A program made the translations under genes and the position numbers. Shown piece by piece: positions 1-8,258 of a DNA stretch of 64,000 bases; the stretch's first letter is position 1, and every line of letters begins with the position of its first letter. Where the stretch lies: the NCBI GenBank assembly GCA_963749075.1, contig CAVVLJ010000021.1, positions 64,001 through 128,000 on the forward strand. The letters are read 5' to 3'. Source of the stretch: an uncultured Pseudomonadota bacterium (GTDB lineage: Bacteria; Pseudomonadota; Alphaproteobacteria; JACZXZ01). The notes beneath the pieces were generated by a model that was given only the letters and a program-made list of their open reading frames with translations, was not told the origin of the DNA and did no database searches.

Positions 1-736
1 CATCCTGCCGATCCTCAGCCTCGTCGTCGAGGTGTACAAGGTGCGGCGTCTCGGCGCCACGCTTCTCGACGTCTATCTGGGCGCGCAGACGGGGCCGCGC
101 GTTCTGCAAGGGGCGATCCAGCGCGGCCAGCACGAGACCATTCACGCCGTGCTGTGGTACTGCGACCTGCGCGGCTTCACCAACCTCTCGGATACCCTGC
201 CGCACAACGAGCTCATCGAGCTCCTCAACGCCTATTTCGAGGCCGTGGGCCAACCCGTCATCGCGCACGGCGGGGAGATCCTGAAATTCATCGGCGACGC
301 GGTGCTGGCGATCTTCCCGCTCGACGGCGGGCGCGGGAGCACGGGCGTCGAAAGCGGCGCGGCGGCGGCCGTCGAGGCGCTGGCGAACGTGCGGCGGCTC
401 AACACGGTGCGCGCGGCGTCCGGGCTGCGCAGCATCAAGCTGGGCATAGCCCTCCACATCGGCGACGTGGGCTACGGCAATATCGGCACCCCGCAGCGGC
501 TCGACTTCACCGTCATCGGCTCCGCGGTAAACAAGGTGGTCCGCATCGAGGCGCTTTCCAAGGTTCTGGACCGGCCGTTCCTGGTCTCCGCCGACTTCGC
601 CCACGCCTATGGCCGGCCCCTCCTGTCTCTCGGCTTCCAGGTCCTGCGCGGCATCTCCGAGCCCGAGGAGGTCTTCGCCTACCCCGAACCCGCCGACGGC
701 TCCGACGCTCGAGAGCCATCGGTGGCCGAGCTCTGA
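1..736 (+). CDS. Class III adenylate/guanylate cyclase (5' truncated by window edge)
   Basis: Motifs CDLRGFT, KFIGDAVLAIF, GIALHIG, GNIG..RLDFTVIG.AVN; frame open from the window start. Confidence 0.9.
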   Translation, partial: ILPILSLVVEVYKVRRLGATLLDVYLGAQTGPRVLQGAIQRGQHETIHAVLWYCDLRGFTNLSDTLPHNELIELLNAYFEAVGQPVIAHGGEILKFIGDAVLAIFPLDGGRGSTGVESGAAAAVEALANVRRLNTVRAASGLRSIKLGIALHIGDVGYGNIGTPQRLDFTVIGSAVNKVVRIEALSKVLDRPFLVSADFAHAYGRPLLSLGFQVLRGISEPEEVFAYPEPADGSDAREPSVAEL

Positions 737-874
737 GGGCGCCGGGCACGGCGCGTACGCGTACGGCGCCCTTGGCGAAAAATTCGTTTAAATCAAGTCA
801 ACGAACGGCGAGCGTGCGGATTGGCTCGTCGAGCGTACGTGCGGCTGGAAGCGGCTTGCAAGCACGTACTCCCG

Positions 875-1360
875 TCACGCAAGCAGGTCGATGCGCTCCT
901 CGGCGAGGTTGCCTGGGACGATGGTGAGCGGCACGCGGAGCTTGGCGATGTGCTTGCCGCTCAGGGCGGAGACGAGCGGCCCAGGACCCTGCGGGCCGGG
1001 GTCGGCGCCGAGCACGAGACTGCAGATTGCGGGGTCCTCGTCGATGAGCTTGAGGAGCTCGTCGAGCGGCCGCCCTTCGCGGATATAAATCGCCGGCATG
1101 AGGCCGGTCCATTCGACCACCTTGGCCGAGAGCGCCTGGAGCTTCTCCTCGGCCTCCTGGCGCCCCTCGCGCTCGGCGAGCTTCTCGACCGCCATCCAGC
1201 CGATGCCCTCGGGCGGCTCGACCACCCAGAGGAGGGCGACGCGGCCGCCGCGCCGGCGGGCGCCGCGGCAGGCGAAGCGCAGCGCCAGGTTGAGCTCCTC
1301 GCTGCGGTCGACGACGACGAGGAAGACGTGATCGGCACCCCCCTTCGCATCCTCTGCCAT
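875..1360 (-). CDS. Universal stress protein
   Basis: FLVVVD.SEE, LVLGA..GPQGPGPLV, P.TIVPG typical of alphaproteobacterial USP; ATG at 1360. Confidence 0.85.
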   Translation of the reverse strand: MAEDAKGGADHVFLVVVDRSEELNLALRFACRGARRRGGRVALLWVVEPPEGIGWMAVEKLAEREGRQEAEEKLQALSAKVVEWTGLMPAIYIREGRPLDELLKLIDEDPAICSLVLGADPGPQGPGPLVSALSGKHIAKLRVPLTIVPGNLAEERIDLLA

Positions 1361-1377
1361 GGCACGGCTCCGTCGCT

Positions 1378-2124
1378 TCAGGCCCTGCGGAAGATGGCGC
1401 CTGCGAGCCACCCTGCCACCAAGGCCATGGCGATTGCAATCGCGCCATAGGCCGCGGCAAAGCGGTGGGCGAAGTCGAAGATGTCGGCGCTGGCGCCCAC
1501 CTTGCTGATGACGAGGGGCGTGGTCTGGGCGCCGGCGACGGCACCGCCGCGCACGAGGAAGACCCGCACCTGATAGGTGCCGACCGGCACATTGGAGGGA
1601 AAGTTGAGGTTGACGCGGAAGAGCCGGCTGCCGAGGAACGTCACCTTGAGCGGCGCCTTGGAGTAGAGCCCCTCCGCCTCCTCGTCGCGGACGAGTGCGG
1701 CGCGGAATTCCGCGACCGCCGCCGGATCGCGCTCGACCTCCGGCACGAAGTGCAGATGCTCGCTGCCGATCTCCTCGCGCGCCTGCTCGGAGGCGGGAAC
1801 GATCTTGTCGAGCTCGCGGCTCGCCGCCACCACGTAGAAGGAGGGCACCGCGGCGAAGCTCATCTCCTTCCTGTTGAAGTAGATGCCGAGCGATCTCGCC
1901 TTGCGCCGCACGATGACGCGCTCGTCGGGCCCGCGCACCACCACCACCACGTCGCCCGGCCCCTCGACCGCACCGAAGAGCAGCACATCGGTGCCGGTGA
2001 AGCCCGTGGTGATGGCGACGAGGTGGCTCGAGAGGTCGGCGATGAGCGCCTGGGCCTGCGCCTCCGGCACCGCTGCCGCCGCGCTCAGAAGCGAGGCAAG
2101 GACGAGGGCGGCGCTACGCATCAT
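1378..2124 (-). CDS. TIGR02186-family transmembrane protein
   Basis: Signal peptide, LIADLS...VAITTGFTG..LLFGA, C-terminal TM; follows tauE as is usual. Confidence 0.85.
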   Translation of the reverse strand: MMRSAALVLASLLSAAAAVPEAQAQALIADLSSHLVAITTGFTGTDVLLFGAVEGPGDVVVVVRGPDERVIVRRKARSLGIYFNRKEMSFAAVPSFYVVAASRELDKIVPASEQAREEIGSEHLHFVPEVERDPAAVAEFRAALVRDEEAEGLYSKAPLKVTFLGSRLFRVNLNFPSNVPVGTYQVRVFLVRGGAVAGAQTTPLVISKVGASADIFDFAHRFAAAYGAIAIAMALVAGWLAGAIFRRA

Positions 2125-3041
2125 CCCGGCGCCCGGGTGATCGAGTAGAGGTCCGCGGGCGGGATCACCAGCTCGTAGAGCAGCTTGCCGGCGACCGCGA
2201 GCAGCAGGACGGCGAGGAGCGCCCGCACGTGCTCGCCCTTGAGCCTGTCGTTCGCGCGCGCGCCGGCCTGGGCGCCCAGCACGGCGCCGATCAGCATGAT
2301 GAAGGCCAGCACCGCATCGACCGTCTGGGTGGTGACGGCCTGGAGGAAGGTTACGTTCGCGGTGATGAAGATGACCTGGAAGAGCGAGGTGCCGGCGACC
2401 ACGGCCGTCGGCATGCCGAGGAGATAGATCATCGCCGGCACCATGACGAAGCCGCCGCCCACCCCCATGATGGCGACCACCACCCCCACGGCGAGGCCGA
2501 GGGCGAAGGGGACGAGGGCGGAGATGTAGATGCGCGAGCGGTAGAAGCGCATCTTGAAGGGCAGCACGCGCACCCAGAGGGGATGCCGGCCGGCGCGCGG
2601 CCTGGGTGGTGCGTGGCGGTGCTGGCGCAGGAGCGCCCGCAGCGTCTCGAACAGCATGAGGAAGCCGATGACGCCGAGGAGGAAGACGTAGCTCAGCGAG
2701 ATCACCAGCTCGACTTGGCCGAGCTGGCTCAGGTGCTTGAAGAGCCACACGCCGAAGGAGGAGCCGACGAGGCCGCCGCCCATGATGACGAAGCCCATGC
2801 GGAAGTCGACCGCCTTGCGGCGCCAGTGGGCCATCACGCCGGAGACCGAGGCGGCGACGAGCTGGTTCGCCTGGGTGCTCACCGCGACCGTGGGCGGCAC
2901 GCCGATGAAGATGAGAAGCGGCGTCGTGACGAAGCCCCCGCCCACGCCAAAAAGGCCGGAGAAGAAGCCCACGATGCAGCCCAGCCCGAGCAGCAGGAAA
3001 ACGTTGACGGAGAGCTCGGCGATGGGGAGGTAGATTTGCAT
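2121..3041 (-). CDS. Sulfite exporter TauE/SafE family protein
   Basis: MQIYLPIAE start; two GVGGGF motifs; hydrophobic. Confidence 0.9.
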   Translation of the reverse strand: MQIYLPIAELSVNVFLLLGLGCIVGFFSGLFGVGGGFVTTPLLIFIGVPPTVAVSTQANQLVAASVSGVMAHWRRKAVDFRMGFVIMGGGLVGSSFGVWLFKHLSQLGQVELVISLSYVFLLGVIGFLMLFETLRALLRQHRHAPPRPRAGRHPLWVRVLPFKMRFYRSRIYISALVPFALGLAVGVVVAIMGVGGGFVMVPAMIYLLGMPTAVVAGTSLFQVIFITANVTFLQAVTTQTVDAVLAFIMLIGAVLGAQAGARANDRLKGEHVRALLAVLLLAVAGKLLYELVIPPADLYSITRAPG

Positions 3042-3044
3042 GCC

Positions 3045-3124
3045 GGAGGACGGACGACAGAGGACGGACGACGGATGAGGTTATTCCGTCTGCCGCCGTC
3101 TGTCGTCCGTCATCTGTCGTCCGA
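3045..3124. repeat. Imperfect palindrome built from ~7-bp units (GACGGAC/GACAGAG versus GTCTGTC/GTCCGTC)
   Basis: ggaggacggacgacagaggacggacgacggatg ... ccgtctgtcgtccgtcatctgtcgtccg. Confidence 0.65.
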
Positions 3125-3126
3125 CT

Positions 3127-3426
3127 TCAGAATCCCTTGACCGCCACGCTCGTGTGCTCGACCGCCGGCGGCTCCGCGAAGCAATGGCCGACGAGCTTGC
3201 GCCAGGACTGGAAATCCGCGGAGCCGCGGAAATCGACGGTGTGGTTCTCGAGCGTCTCCCATTTGACGAAGAGGCGGTAGCGGTGCGGCTTCTCGTGCGA
3301 GCGCTGCAGCTCCACGCCCGTGCAGCCCTTGGCGCGGCGGAAGAGCGGGGCCGCCTCCTTGACGCCGGCCTCGAAGGCCGCTTCCATGCCGGGCTTCACG
3401 TCGATCTGCGCGATTTCGAGAATCAT
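3127..3426 (-). CDS. Antibiotic biosynthesis monooxygenase (ABM) family protein
   Basis: MILEIAQIDVKPG.E.AFE...YRLFVKWETLENHTVDFRGS. Confidence 0.85.
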   Translation of the reverse strand: MILEIAQIDVKPGMEAAFEAGVKEAAPLFRRAKGCTGVELQRSHEKPHRYRLFVKWETLENHTVDFRGSADFQSWRKLVGHCFAEPPAVEHTSVAVKGF

Positions 3427-3469
3427 GGCGCTTCTCCCATCTTGCCTGTCGAGAGGATCGCGCCGGCCC

Positions 3470-4468
3470 CTAGACCCTGAGGAAGCCGACGATGTCCTGG
3501 ACCTGGCGCAGCACGGGCGTGGCGATCTCCCGCGCCCGCGCGGCACCTTGGCGGAGCACGCCCTCCACATAGGCTTCGTCCGCCTGGAGCCGCTTCATCT
3601 CGCTGCCGATCGGCCCGAGCACGGAAGCCGCGAGCTCGGCGAGCTCCTCCTTGAACTTCGAGAACATGGCGCCGTCGTAGCGCCGGCACACCGCCTCGGT
3701 CGGAAGATCGGCAAGCGCTGCATAGATGCCGACGAGATTGGCGGCCTCGGGCCGGTTCAAGAGCCCGACCGGGTCGCCCGGCAGCGGGTCCGCATCGGTC
3801 TTGGCGCGGCGGATCTTGAGCGCTATGGCGTCGGCGCCGTCGGTCATGTTGATGCGGGAGAAGTCCGAGGGATCCGACTTGCTCATCTTCTTGGTGCCGT
3901 CGCGCAGGCTCATGACGCGGCTCGCCTCGCCGAGGATGAGCGGCTCGATGAGCGGGAAGAAATCGACCTTGTAGTCGCTGTTGAACTTCTGCGCGATGTC
4001 GCGGCAGAGCTCGAGATGCTGCTTCTGGTCCTCGCCTACCGGCACATGGGTCGCCTTGTAGAGGAGGATGTCGGCCGCCATCAGGTTGGGATAGACGTAG
4101 AGCCCGGCGGAGGCGTTCTCGCGGTGCTTGCCCGCCTTCTCCTTGAACTGGGTCATGCGGTTGAGCCAGCCGATGCGCGCCACGCAATTGAAAATCCAGG
4201 CGAGCTCGGCGTGGGCCGCGACCTGGCTCTGGTTGAAGAGGATGGCGCGCTCGGGATCGATGCCGGCCGCGAGCAGGCCGGCGGTCACCTCGCGGGTGCT
4301 CGCGCGCAGCTCGGCCGGCTCCTGCCATTGCGTGATGGCATGGAGGTCGACGACGCAGAAGAGGCAGTGGTACTCGCCCTGCAAAAGCACCCAGTTCCGG
4401 ATGGCACCGAGGTAGTTGCCGAGGTGCAGATTGCCGGTGGGCTGGACGCCCGAGAAGATGCGGTTCAT
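3470..4468 (-). CDS. trpS: Tryptophan--tRNA ligase
   Basis: [32 protein letters not shown]. Confidence 0.97.
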   Translation of the reverse strand: MNRIFSGVQPTGNLHLGNYLGAIRNWVLLQGEYHCLFCVVDLHAITQWQEPAELRASTREVTAGLLAAGIDPERAILFNQSQVAAHAELAWIFNCVARIGWLNRMTQFKEKAGKHRENASAGLYVYPNLMAADILLYKATHVPVGEDQKQHLELCRDIAQKFNSDYKVDFFPLIEPLILGEASRVMSLRDGTKKMSKSDPSDFSRINMTDGADAIALKIRRAKTDADPLPGDPVGLLNRPEAANLVGIYAALADLPTEAVCRRYDGAMFSKFKEELAELAASVLGPIGSEMKRLQADEAYVEGVLRQGAARAREIATPVLRQVQDIVGFLRV

Positions 4469-4547
4469 GGCGGGGGCCTCACGTGCGGTGCGCACGACGC
4501 GCGCGGCGAGTTATGGCGGCTCGTGCGGGGAGCGGTCAAGGGCCGGC

Positions 4548-6104
4548 CTAGTCTCGTCGGCGCCCGCGGAGAAATGCACGACCGAGGAGTCCGAGCTCGA
4601 CGGCGCCAGTCGCAAGCACGAGCGCGCCATAGAGCGCCGCCCCGCCGCCGACGAGTGCCGCGAGTGCCGCGACCTTAGCCGCGAGCCCGGCGGCAAAGGC
4701 GCCGTGGAGCGCGCGTGCGCCGAGCACGAGGGCGGCCGCCATCGCAGCACTGGCAAGGACGGCGCGCGGCACGCGCCGGTGGAAGCCGGCGTCGAGGGCG
4801 AGATGCGCATGGCGCCTCAGCCAATAGGCGAGCGTCGCCGCATTGACCCAGGCGGCGGCTGAGCTCGCAAGCGCGATCCCGGTCGGCCCCAGCGGCCGCA
4901 CGAGCGCCAGGCTGAGGGCGATGTTGGCCGCCACCGCGATGACCGCGGCACGCACGGGGGTCGCCGTGTCCTCGCGGGCGAAGAAGGCGGGCGCCAGGGC
5001 CTTGACGATGACATAGGCGGGCAGGCCCAGGGCATAGGCCGCGAGTGCCGCCGCCGTCGTCCGCGTGGCAGCTGCGCCGAAGGCGCCGTGCTGGAAGAGC
5101 ACCGTGGTGATCGGCGCCGCGATCGCGGCGAGCGCCGCTGCTGCGGGCAGCGTGAGCACGAGGGCGAGCTCGAGCGCGCGGTTCTGGCTCACGGCCGCCC
5201 CCGCCGCATCGCCCGTGCGCAGCTTGCGCGCGAGCTCGGGCAAAAGGACCGTGCCGATCGCCGTGCCGATGACGCCGAGCGGCAGCTGATAGAGCCGGTC
5301 GGCGTAATAGAGGCTGGCGACCGCACCCGTGGGCAGGAGCGAGGCGATCACGGTGCCGATCACGATGTTGATCTGGATGACGCCGGCACCGAAGGCTCCG
5401 GGCAGCATGAGGCGGAGTAGGCGGCGCACCGCGGGCGTGAGCCGCGGGCGCGGCAGGCGCGGCAGGAGGCCGTGGCGCCCTGCCGACCAGGCGAGCCAGA
5501 GGAACTGGCCGATGCCCGCCACCATCACCGCCCACGCGAGGGCATGGCCGGGCTCGGCACCCCAGCTGCGCGGCAGGAGGAGGGCTGAGATGAGCGTGAG
5601 GTTTAGGAGGATGGGCGAGACCGCCGCGGCCGCGAAGCGGAAGCGGCTGTTGAGCATGCCGCCCAAGAGTGCTACCAGCGCCATGCAGAGGAGATAGGGG
5701 AAGGTGATGCGCGTGAGCTCGACCGCGAGCGCGTATTTCGCAGGGTTCGCCACGAAGCCGGGCGCCAGCGCCGCCATGAGCCAGGGCATGGCGGCGAGGG
5801 CGACCAGGGTGAAAAGCACGAGAGAGGCGAGAAGGACGGCCAGCACCTCGCCGGCAAAGGCGATGGCCCGCACCTCGCCGCCCTCGGCGTCGGCGCGGGT
5901 GAAGAGCGGCACGAAGGCGACGCTGAAGGCGCCCTCGGCCACCAGGTTGCGGAAGAGGTTGGGGAAGCGGAAGGCGACCACGAAGGCGTCGGCTACGGGA
6001 CCAGCACCCAGGGCTGCCGCGATCATCACGTCGCGCACGAAGCCGAGCACGCGGCTCGCCATGGTGTAGCCGCCGACCACGGCGCTCGAGCGCAGGAGGG
6101 CCAT
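4548..6104 (-). CDS. murJ: Lipid II flippase MurJ
   Basis: SRVLGFVRD, FRFPNLFR..AEGAF, YYADRLYQLPLG, REDT.TPV. Confidence 0.96.
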   Translation of the reverse strand: MALLRSSAVVGGYTMASRVLGFVRDVMIAAALGAGPVADAFVVAFRFPNLFRNLVAEGAFSVAFVPLFTRADAEGGEVRAIAFAGEVLAVLLASLVLFTLVALAAMPWLMAALAPGFVANPAKYALAVELTRITFPYLLCMALVALLGGMLNSRFRFAAAAVSPILLNLTLISALLLPRSWGAEPGHALAWAVMVAGIGQFLWLAWSAGRHGLLPRLPRPRLTPAVRRLLRLMLPGAFGAGVIQINIVIGTVIASLLPTGAVASLYYADRLYQLPLGVIGTAIGTVLLPELARKLRTGDAAGAAVSQNRALELALVLTLPAAAALAAIAAPITTVLFQHGAFGAAATRTTAAALAAYALGLPAYVIVKALAPAFFAREDTATPVRAAVIAVAANIALSLALVRPLGPTGIALASSAAAWVNAATLAYWLRRHAHLALDAGFHRRVPRAVLASAAMAAALVLGARALHGAFAAGLAAKVAALAALVGGGAALYGALVLATGAVELGLLGRAFLRGRRRD

Positions 6105-6106
6105 GG

Positions 6107-6547
6107 TCAGAGTGCCGCCGGCACTTCGGAAAGGGCTACGAGCCGCTCGCTAAATCGGCCGCGACCCGCGCGCGCTTTGGCGACGAGGCGCGCATCGGCG
6201 GTGACGAGAGGCAGCGCCATGGCTTCGGCCACCGCGAGATAGATACCGTCGTAAGCCGGATGATCGAGCTCGATGGCGATCGCCGCGGCCGCCGCGAGAT
6301 ACGGCCTCGTCGCCACGAGCTCGACCTCCGCACCCTCGAGCGCCCGCGCCGCCAGATCGGCCTCTTCCGCCGTCAGCTCGCGCAGCATGACTTTCTTCCA
6401 GAGAATGTTCGCGCACTCGGAAGAGAGCAGGTCCGGTGCCATGAGCCGCCGCTCGAGAAGCAACGCCGCCACGGCGCTCCCCGGCTCGTCGACCACCCAT
6501 TTGATCGCGACGCTGGCATCGACGAGCACGCGCTCGGGCAGCTTCAC
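6107..6547 (-). CDS. vapC: VapC/PIN-domain toxin
   Basis: VDASVAIKW, E.ANILWK, YD.IYLAVA, LVTAD. Confidence 0.9.
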   Translation of the reverse strand: MKLPERVLVDASVAIKWVVDEPGSAVAALLLERRLMAPDLLSSECANILWKKVMLRELTAEEADLAARALEGAEVELVATRPYLAAAAAIAIELDHPAYDGIYLAVAEAMALPLVTADARLVAKARAGRGRFSERLVALSEVPAAL

Positions 6548-6780
6548 CGCTCGTCCCGCCCCTCGCGAAGGAGGACCTCCGCGGGCGTATGGCGCCGATT
6601 GGCCGTCATCGCGCGCAGCCTGGCGGCGATCTCCTTGAAGGACTGCCGCGGCTCCCCGCCGAGCGCCTGGCGCAGAATCTCGCGATGCTCCGCCTCCGCC
6701 GAGCGCTGATTGCGCGCCGCGCGCAGCTTGAGCTTGGCCACCAGCTCGTCATCCACGTTGCGCACGATCAAAGATGCCAT
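6544..6780 (-). CDS. FitA/StbC-like ribbon-helix-helix antitoxin
   Basis: MASLIVRNVDDELVAKLKLRAARNQRSAEAEHREIL; 4-bp overlap with vapC. Confidence 0.88.
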   Translation of the reverse strand: MASLIVRNVDDELVAKLKLRAARNQRSAEAEHREILRQALGGEPRQSFKEIAARLRAMTANRRHTPAEVLLREGRDER

Positions 6781-6802
6781 GGAGTCCCAGCCGAGGTGTA
6801 TC

Positions 6803-6822
6803 GTTGATATCTTTGATATCAA
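6803..6822. promoter_or_regulatory. Probable TA operator (repeated TGATATC palindromic boxes)
   Basis: ttgatatc-t-ttgatatcaa directly upstream of the RHH antitoxin. Confidence 0.5.
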
Positions 6823-6882
6823 TTTTTCGGAAACGATGTCAAGCCACCCAGGCCCTCATCCGCGCGGTTTCAGGGGCGGCAA

Positions 6883-7007
6883 GCCCGAGTGATGCTCATG
6901 GATCTTTCTCAGCTTCTGCTCGTGCTCGATCTTGAGGCCGAAGACGTCTTTCACATAGAACACGTCGACGGCGCGCTCGCCGTAGGTCGAGATCTTGACC
7001 GAGGAGA
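6883..7007 (-). pseudogene. glnD: Diverged duplicate of the glnD 3' region
   Basis: 125 bp matching 8322-8446 with 11 mismatches by manual alignment; reads KISTYGERAVDVFYVKDVFGLKIEHEQKL. Confidence 0.9.
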
Positions 7008-7041
7008 GTGGCACAGTACGTGTCTCTCGCGGCCCTATCAT

Positions 7042-7602
7042 TCAGTCGGCACGAATGATGCCATGGCTCTCGGCCCAGGCGCGCCACTCGATCAGCTCAT
7101 GACCGGTCGGCTCCAGCTTCGCATCCTGGGTGTGATTGTCGGTAAAGATCATCAGATTTTCGCACTCCCAACGGGCGGAAGGAGCGATAAGACCGTCCAA
7201 GCCCAGCCAAGCCAGGGTGCTGCCGATCTCCTGAGTCCGCGCATAGTCGCGTTCGCCGTAACGACTCATGTCGACATCCAATGCCTCCAGATCGGCACGG
7301 GCCAAGTGAAGCGTCTTGGAGGTGGTCACCGCAAGCCGCGTCAGCTTGAGTTCCCGTGGCCCGGGCATCGGCGTCTGATCGGCCAAAAATGATACCGCCT
7401 CTGCCATGGCTCCGTCCCGCTCCAGACTGGTGTAGAGCACGTTTGTGCCAGGGTCGCCATTCTGGGGCCGCGCCCAGCGGCCGCCGTAAAGCGAGGGTGC
7501 TGTCGGATCGGCGCTCGTGCGGGTAGTGCGAAAGACCTCTCCGGAAAATGCCTCCGTCGCAAACGCACCAAGACGATCCGCAAGGTCCGGGTCATAGCTC
7601 AT
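7042..7602 (-). CDS. RES-domain toxin
   Basis: VFR, GGRW, LYTSLE..A.AE, Y.RTQ.IG, GL..PSAR, NLMIF. Confidence 0.88.
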   Translation of the reverse strand: MSYDPDLADRLGAFATEAFSGEVFRTTRTSADPTAPSLYGGRWARPQNGDPGTNVLYTSLERDGAMAEAVSFLADQTPMPGPRELKLTRLAVTTSKTLHLARADLEALDVDMSRYGERDYARTQEIGSTLAWLGLDGLIAPSARWECENLMIFTDNHTQDAKLEPTGHELIEWRAWAESHGIIRAD

Positions 7603-7614
7603 CCCCGAGGACCG

Positions 7615-7950
7615 TCAGATGTAGACACCATCCCGCAGTTGGTTAACCAATCGACGCACCTCGTCCATTTTGCCGTCCTGAATCAATTCGGCCGGTGAAT
7701 GCCCCCGAAGATGCTTCTGAGGCGAGAACAGCCATTGGCGTGCTTCCTTCGGCTCGTAAAAATCGCAGAGCTGATCGACGATGAATTCGAGCTCGAGCAG
7801 TGCCTTTTCGGTCGAGGAGTGCGGGTAGGCCTGGCCCTTGTTCCAACGCGATACTTGCTCCGGCCGCGTGCCCAGGAGGATTGCCACCTCGGTCTGCCTG
7901 ATCCCTTTGTTGCGCAGCGATTCTAGCTTTCGTGCGACCGGGCTGGTCAT
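7615..7950 (-). CDS. Xre/MbcA/ParS (DUF2384-type) antitoxin
   Basis: N-terminal HTH (QTEVAILLGTRPEQVSRW) and A.QWLFSP...L.G.SPAELI; AGAGGA RBS before ATG 7950. Confidence 0.85.
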   Translation of the reverse strand: MTSPVARKLESLRNKGIRQTEVAILLGTRPEQVSRWNKGQAYPHSSTEKALLELEFIVDQLCDFYEPKEARQWLFSPQKHLRGHSPAELIQDGKMDEVRRLVNQLRDGVYI

Positions 7951-8258
7951 GGTCTGCCGTTCCTCTTGTGCTGCAGTTTGAAAATTTCCGCTCATTCACT
8001 GGGCCCGTTCCCCGCGGGTCCGCATGGCGGCGGAATCGCAGCGCTATGCTATCGTTCATGCGGACCTGGCTCGCCCCACGATATAAACCTGCCTTTTGAA
8101 TTGCGCAATATAATGCGCTTTGTATTGCCTTTTCCTGGGATTTTCGCCAGGGCCAAGCCGCTGTCAGGCAGTGTTCGTCGCTCGAGACGGCTCACGATAG
8201 CGGAATCTCGCGAGGGGGAAGGGACGCAGGACCGTTTCGTTCCAGGGTGCGCTCTTAG